A DNA stretch of 64,000 nt, from assembly GCA_040220235.1 (NCBI GenBank), contig JAVJTO010000011.1. One strand, given 5' to 3'. The position numbers were made by a program, and so were the translations under genes. This DNA is from Coleofasciculus sp. B1-GNL1-01 (GTDB taxonomy: Bacteria; Cyanobacteriota; Cyanobacteriia; Cyanobacteriales; Coleofasciculaceae). The notes below the pieces were generated by a model. It did no database searches, had not been told where the DNA came from, and saw nothing but the letters and a program-made list of their open reading frames with translations. How positions within the stretch are numbered: the stretch's first letter is position 1; each line of letters starts with the position of its first letter. This document shows positions 59,358 to 64,000 of the stretch, piece by piece.

Positions 59358-60554
59358 ATGGACAAACTTCTTAAACAAGCCACAGTTGCCACAGAGCAAG
59401 GGGATTGGTTGTCAGTCACTCAATGTTTGCAGCAATTACCGTTGGATGAGCGCAGCCGAAATCATTCCAATCCAGAAACCACGGAATTGCCCCTAGGATT
59501 GGCGATGGCGTTAACGGTTTTGGAACAGGGAGATTTTCAGGCGCGTTGGGATATTGCCAAGGTTTTGCCACAATGGGGAGAGAGGATTGTAGAACCGTTG
59601 ATCGAGATTTTGGAAGATGAGGAGGCGGATTTAGAGCAACGGTGGTTTGCGGGGCGGATTTTGGGGGGATTTAATACGCCTGAGGTGATTCGGACATTGG
59701 TGAAATTACTCGATCACAGTGAAGATGAAGAGTTAAGTGCGATCGCATCAAGTGCATTAGCCGCGATCGGACACTCGGCGGTTGAGGCGTTAACTGATTT
59801 GTTGGTGAAACCGGAATCTCGTCTTTTCGCCACTCGCGCCTTAGCTCAAATGCATTGTGCAGAGGTGATTGATCCCTTATTAAGCGTCGTCCATGATCCA
59901 GATGAACAGGTGCGCGTCACTGCCATTGCTGCCCTGAGCAGTTTCCATGACGATCGCATTGTATCCGTTTTCTTGGTGGCATTAAAAGATTATGCCGCGT
60001 CTGTGCGTAAAGAAGCGGTGATCGGGTTAGGCTTAAGCACCTCCTCACAGACAGAATTCGAGACATTACCCTATTTGCAACCCCTGCTGTATGATTTAAA
60101 TTTAGAGGTCTGCCAGCAAGCCGCGATCGCGATCGGTAGAATCGGTACAGATGAAGCAGCCGAGGCGTTATTTCCAGTTTTGCGATCGCCTTTAACTCCT
60201 GTTCCCCTACAACTTACTGTCATTCAGGTATTGGCGCGGATCGAAACGGCGACAACATTGGAGTATTTACACCAAGCCTTATCCACCATAGCCGAAGACT
60301 CTATATTAGAAATCGTGCGCGTTTTTGGGCGGATTGAAACGCCGAATCTGAAATACCAAGCCGCTAAAATCTTGCTGGATTTCTTTGAGTCGGGACATCC
60401 CAGTGTTGAAACAACCGCAATTAAACAGGCGTTAGCCTACAGTTGGGGACAATTAGGAGTTGCTGACGCCATGGAAACTTTAGTACAACTCCAGAATGAT
60501 CCTCAATTGAGTGTCAGATTACACGCTAATGCGGCAATTGAACAACTACAGTAA
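59358..60554 (+). CDS. nirB: HEAT-repeat protein, NirB-like
   Basis: GDFQARWDIAK, RWFAGRILG and repeated VR..A..AL units; divergent from nirA. Confidence 0.72.
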   Translation: MDKLLKQATVATEQGDWLSVTQCLQQLPLDERSRNHSNPETTELPLGLAMALTVLEQGDFQARWDIAKVLPQWGERIVEPLIEILEDEEADLEQRWFAGRILGGFNTPEVIRTLVKLLDHSEDEELSAIASSALAAIGHSAVEALTDLLVKPESRLFATRALAQMHCAEVIDPLLSVVHDPDEQVRVTAIAALSSFHDDRIVSVFLVALKDYAASVRKEAVIGLGLSTSSQTEFETLPYLQPLLYDLNLEVCQQAAIAIGRIGTDEAAEALFPVLRSPLTPVPLQLTVIQVLARIETATTLEYLHQALSTIAEDSILEIVRVFGRIETPNLKYQAAKILLDFFESGHPSVETTAIKQALAYSWGQLGVADAMETLVQLQNDPQLSVRLHANAAIEQLQ

Positions 60555-60672
60555 GCGAACAGGGAACAGTAAAATTATCTTGTCCAGTGAGAACTAAAAC
60601 CTCCGTGAAATCAGTGTGACTAACATCTCACATCCCCACCCCCAACACTCAAATAAATCCGAGAAATCAGTG

Positions 60673-61470
60673 TTACCGTAATCCCTGTTCAACTAGCAGC
60701 GTATTCAGCCAAGCCGCTACCTCAGAAGAAACAGCAGGAGTAAGCGACTGATGATAATCAATGCGGAAGTGATACCCTGCACGCTGATAAACGCCATCGA
60801 GAATGAGTTTTAAATCCAGAATCGGACTATTCTCTTCTCCCTGTAACGGTAACTCGACTTTAGGAATCGCATCGGTTAAATTAAAGGCATAAAGCTGGGC
60901 ATGAGGTCTTAAATCGCTGCGACTAATCAGAATCCGATAGTCTTTTAACTCAGCTACCCCTTGCATCGGCATCGCTTTTCCACTGCGAAGTAAATCAATT
61001 TCTACCAAGTGGGTGGAACAGGTTAAAATTTTCTGGCGTTTGCGTAGATATGCTTCCCTCCCCTCACCTGCTCGTTTATTCTTAGGTGAGAGTAGTTCAA
61101 TTGTGGTGACAACTTTTCCCGTTTTAGTGTCTCGAATCTCTAAATAGCGTTCTTCTACCTCCTCCGCCAAGGGAATCGTTACGGTTTGCGGTTGATCAGG
61201 CTTCGACAAGGTAGCAGTAGCCCTGTTGCGCGTGGCGAATTCTGGAGACGCCTCTACCTCTGAAGAGACAACGGAAACATCGGGAATACCAATCAGGATA
61301 GTATCCTCAGGAGTGCTACTGTAGACACGCTTTTCAATGGCTACATAATAGGTAGGAAGTAACGGGGGTGCAATCTCATCCGCGATCGCGACAATTAGAC
61401 GGCTATGCACCTCAGACCATAATTCTGGATTTTCCAGATAGGGATTCATGCCAGGAAACGGAGATGTCAT
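60673..61470 (-). CDS. DUF4058 family protein
   Basis: MTSPFPGMNPYLE, IELLSPKNK and HLVEIDLLR. Confidence 0.88.
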   Translation of the reverse strand: MTSPFPGMNPYLENPELWSEVHSRLIVAIADEIAPPLLPTYYVAIEKRVYSSTPEDTILIGIPDVSVVSSEVEASPEFATRNRATATLSKPDQPQTVTIPLAEEVEERYLEIRDTKTGKVVTTIELLSPKNKRAGEGREAYLRKRQKILTCSTHLVEIDLLRSGKAMPMQGVAELKDYRILISRSDLRPHAQLYAFNLTDAIPKVELPLQGEENSPILDLKLILDGVYQRAGYHFRIDYHQSLTPAVSSEVAAWLNTLLVEQGLR

Positions 61471-61555
61471 ATCGCTAATTGTTGCCGGGTGAGTAGCTGT
61501 AATCTAATTATTTGTATACTGACTACTATAGTATCATCAAAAACTGAATCACCAG

Positions 61556-61774
61556 ATGGCAAAGAAACCGTATTTTGCACAAAACAACAAATTAGATGGA
61601 TTTAACCATCGAGCCAAGTATTTTTGGACATTAGAGGAAGCCCGTAACTGGCTCAAATCTGAAGGCGGCGGCACGATCAAAAAACGCAACGCTGGTGTTG
61701 TTTACAGCTTCGATACACCTATCCGGGTTTGGGCAGGTATAGAAGCAGTGGAAGAGAATGCGACTGGGATTTAA
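61556..61774 (+). CDS. Small hypothetical protein
   Basis: 72-aa ATG ORF with protein-like composition; family not recognised. Confidence 0.5.
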   Translation: MAKKPYFAQNNKLDGFNHRAKYFWTLEEARNWLKSEGGGTIKKRNAGVVYSFDTPIRVWAGIEAVEENATGI

Positions 61775-62046
61775 GATGAATGTCACTGAATTAAGCTGGG
61801 TTCGTAGTAGGCACGAAGCGTGCCAGAAGCGAAGACAGTGCAACTACGAATCGGGTTTCCTGTAACCATTCGGTCGAGTAAACCGTACTCTTTGATGACT
61901 CCAATATTTTAGGACGGTAATCATTAGTAAATTAGTCGTTAAAACCGAATTTACAGTGTTGTTTGTTTGCTTACTATGGGAATCAAGGGATAGATGGTAA
62001 TGCTCCATCACTTCCCCAGACAACCTATTCTCGGAGAGATAAAACT

Positions 62047-62502
62047 ATGGCACTCGTTTATTGGAATCCTCGGCGTGAAACTGAATCCCTGCAACACCAA
62101 ATCGCTCGCTTATTTGAGGATGCTTTAGCACCCTATTCTGGTGAGCAAAAGCAGGAATACTTCTCAACGGTTCCGCTAGCGGAGATGCAAGAAACTCCAG
62201 AAGCTATTCATCTGAAGCTAGAAATTCCTGGAATGGAAGCTAAAGATATCGACATACAAGCCACTGAAAAGGCTGTTTCTATCAGTGGTGAACGCAAGTT
62301 TGAGCGGAACAGCGAAGATCAGGGTGAAACCAAGAGTGAATTCCGTTACGGCAGATTTGAGCGACTCATTCCGTTACCAGCCCGGATTCAGCATACGAAT
62401 GTGAAAGCTGAATACAAAGATGGTATTTTGAATCTGACGTTGCCGAAGACGGAACAAGAAAAGAACAAAGTGGTCAAAGTTCAGCTTGAACCAGCCGCTT
62501 AA
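62047..62502 (+). CDS. hspA: Small heat-shock protein (Hsp20)
   Basis: LEIPGME, ISGERK, SEFRYGRFER.IPLP and AEYKDGILNLTLPK; RBS GGAGA before ATG 62047. Confidence 0.92.
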   Translation: MALVYWNPRRETESLQHQIARLFEDALAPYSGEQKQEYFSTVPLAEMQETPEAIHLKLEIPGMEAKDIDIQATEKAVSISGERKFERNSEDQGETKSEFRYGRFERLIPLPARIQHTNVKAEYKDGILNLTLPKTEQEKNKVVKVQLEPAA

Positions 62503-62560
62503 GTTAGACTGGGATCTTTCACCATTCTAAATTAGCTTGATTAACCGCCCGACGCCCCAC

Positions 62561-62613
62561 GCCCGGAGTTCAAACTCCGGGCTAAAAGCTTAAGTCAGCT
62601 AAAGCTGACTGGA
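62561..62613 (+). repeat. Left half of the multi-hairpin repeat, truncated at the IsrB element
   Basis: GCCCGGAGTTCAAACTCCGGGC-TAAAAGCTTA-AGTCAGCTAAAGCTGACT has the same layout as 17120-17172. Confidence 0.8.
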
Positions 62614-62832
62614 TTCATGAACCCCGCCTTACTTCGTGAAGACGGGGATTGACAGAGATAACCTGTCAGGAAGTCATGAATAGGGCATGAGTTGGTAGGG
62701 GATAACCACTTCCGAACGCTTCTCTAGTTTGGATCGCTGTAGGTTCAGGAATCTCTGAGAACTGGGTAAGTCCAGGACACACCCTTACCAATGCCTTAAG
62801 AGACGTAAACATTACACGAGTGGATTATATCT
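62594..62832 (+). ncRNA. Predicted omegaRNA (HEARO-like) of IsrB: 5' guide about 62594-62613, scaffold about 62614-62832
   Basis: About 220 nt of structured non-coding sequence directly 5' of isrB, starting TTCATGAA-CCCCG..CGGGG, with further stems (TGACAG/CTGTCA, GGTAAG/CTTACC). Confidence 0.72.
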
Positions 62833-63993
62833 ATGAATCGTGTTCCGGTAGTTAGCAAAGAAGGAAAACCGCTAATGCCTACCAAACCCTCTAGGGCGAG
62901 ACGGTGGGTCAAAGAAGGTAAAGCCGTGGGGAAGTGGTCAGACTTGGGAGTTTATTACGTCCAACTCTGCGCACCACCATCGGCGGAGGAATTCCAGCCG
63001 GTTGCGGTAGGAGTCGATCCTGGCAAGTCCTACAGTGGTGTCGGTGTCCAGTCTGCTAAATGTACGTTGGCGCAACTGCATCTCATCCTTCCGTTTGGGC
63101 GGGTGAAGAAACGGATGGAAACCCGCGCTATGCTGCGACGGTCTCGCCGGGGGCGACGGATTAACCGGGATGTCCCATTCAAACAACGTAACCATCGGCA
63201 GTGCCGCTTTGACAATCGCAAGCGGTGCAAACTACCCCCATCTATTAAAGCCTCACGGCAACTGGAGTTAAGGGTAGTCAAAGAGTTGGCGACGATATTT
63301 CCGGTAACTGCGATTGGCTATGAACGGGTTAGAGCCGACATAGATCTTTCCCAACGCAAACGTGCCAAGTCTGGCAAGGGCTTCTCTCCGGTGATGGTGG
63401 GTCAGGATTGGGCAATATCCCAGATGGAAAAAATCGCCCCTGTCTATGTCCGCGAAGGTTGGCAAAAGGATGGGAACGGTACATCCCAACTCAGAACCCA
63501 ACTGGGGTTAGAGAAGGATAAGGTTAACAAGTCCATAGCCAAACCGGAAACTCATGCAGTTGATGGGGTAACGCTGGCTTGCGGGTATTTCATCAAGTAT
63601 GTCCCGTTTACTGGCTCTAATTCCCATGGTTATACCCACAAAGGTAGCGTTACTGTGACCCCTTCCCCGTTTAAAACTATCACCCGTCCTGGCGCAGTAA
63701 AGCGGGGGAAAGAGTACGGATTTTTCCGCCGTCAATTGCACTTTGAAGTCCCAGATAAGTCGGGGGTCAGAAAGCGTAAGGGCGGGACAATCACCCCAAT
63801 GGACGTGAGGATCGGTGATTTGGTTAGAGCAGAGAAAGCTGGGAAAATCTACATTGGCTACGTCGGCGGATTCACTGATACCAAAAAGACTCAGAAGGTT
63901 TCTGTTTGTGACTACACCTGGAAACGAATTGGGCAATTTGCTCCTAGTAAAGTTGAGCTAATCAGGAGAAATAACGGCTTATGTGTGGCGTGA
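62833..63993 (+). CDS. isrB: IsrB (IS200/IS605 OMEGA RNA-guided nickase; RRXRR family, no HNH)
   Basis: PLMP motif, RuvC-I VGVDPG, bridge helix RRSRRGRR, RuvC-II IGYE and RuvC-III HAVD; no CxxC/HNH insert; 386 aa. Confidence 0.88.
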   Translation: MNRVPVVSKEGKPLMPTKPSRARRWVKEGKAVGKWSDLGVYYVQLCAPPSAEEFQPVAVGVDPGKSYSGVGVQSAKCTLAQLHLILPFGRVKKRMETRAMLRRSRRGRRINRDVPFKQRNHRQCRFDNRKRCKLPPSIKASRQLELRVVKELATIFPVTAIGYERVRADIDLSQRKRAKSGKGFSPVMVGQDWAISQMEKIAPVYVREGWQKDGNGTSQLRTQLGLEKDKVNKSIAKPETHAVDGVTLACGYFIKYVPFTGSNSHGYTHKGSVTVTPSPFKTITRPGAVKRGKEYGFFRRQLHFEVPDKSGVRKRKGGTITPMDVRIGDLVRAEKAGKIYIGYVGGFTDTKKTQKVSVCDYTWKRIGQFAPSKVELIRRNNGLCVA

Positions 63994-64000
63994 AAAAAAA

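Noticed and set aside
791..63936. Numerous short antisense or alternative-frame ORFs overlapping long genes
   Set aside because: Shadow ORFs with no motifs, fully explained by the overlapping genes.
62833..63993. Calling the gene IscB or Cas9
   Set aside because: There is no HNH or CxxC insert between RuvC-II and RuvC-III and no CRISPR array; size and motifs fit IsrB.
1..64000. tRNA, rRNA, prophage or integron integrase
   Set aside because: None recognised; a tRNAscan or Rfam search would be needed to exclude small RNAs.

Overview
A 64-kb chromosomal segment from a cyanobacterium, most likely a filamentous Oscillatoriales/Coleofasciculus-like organism. This rests on frequent HIP1 (GCGATCGC) sites, chlH, desA, an NtcA-controlled nirA region, PEP-CTERM and Uma2 genes and heptamer tandem repeats. 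Core genes (galE-like epimerase, GT2s, chlH, GH116, desA, cnaT-like, nirA with a fused ferredoxin, nirB-like, hspA) are interleaved with accessory DNA. (i) A 6.4-12.7 kb island carries a C5 DNA methyltransferase, two toxin-antitoxin pairs with inactivated toxins, a HicB remnant, a Zn-peptidase, a NERD nuclease-helicase and a REP-associated tyrosine transposase (RAYT) broken by a 1-nt deletion inside its own internal REP. Most module junctions in this island fall on HIP1 sites. (ii) An ABC-ATPase plus TOPRIM-like gene pair sits between 118-bp direct repeats. (iii) A tnpB-only IS200/IS605 element has its 5' end split by a TA-flanked MITE. (iv) An IsrB OMEGA locus at the right edge has a predicted guide that comes from, and matches, a multi-copy chromosomal repeat. 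(v) A TIGR03032 plus FG-GAP/RTX operon has hypervariable loops. Many GTAG/CTAC-ended REP hairpins and TA-ended MITE-like shells carrying REPs fill the intergenic space. I recognised no rRNA, tRNA or CRISPR array. All assignments come from reading motifs by eye; no database searches were run.
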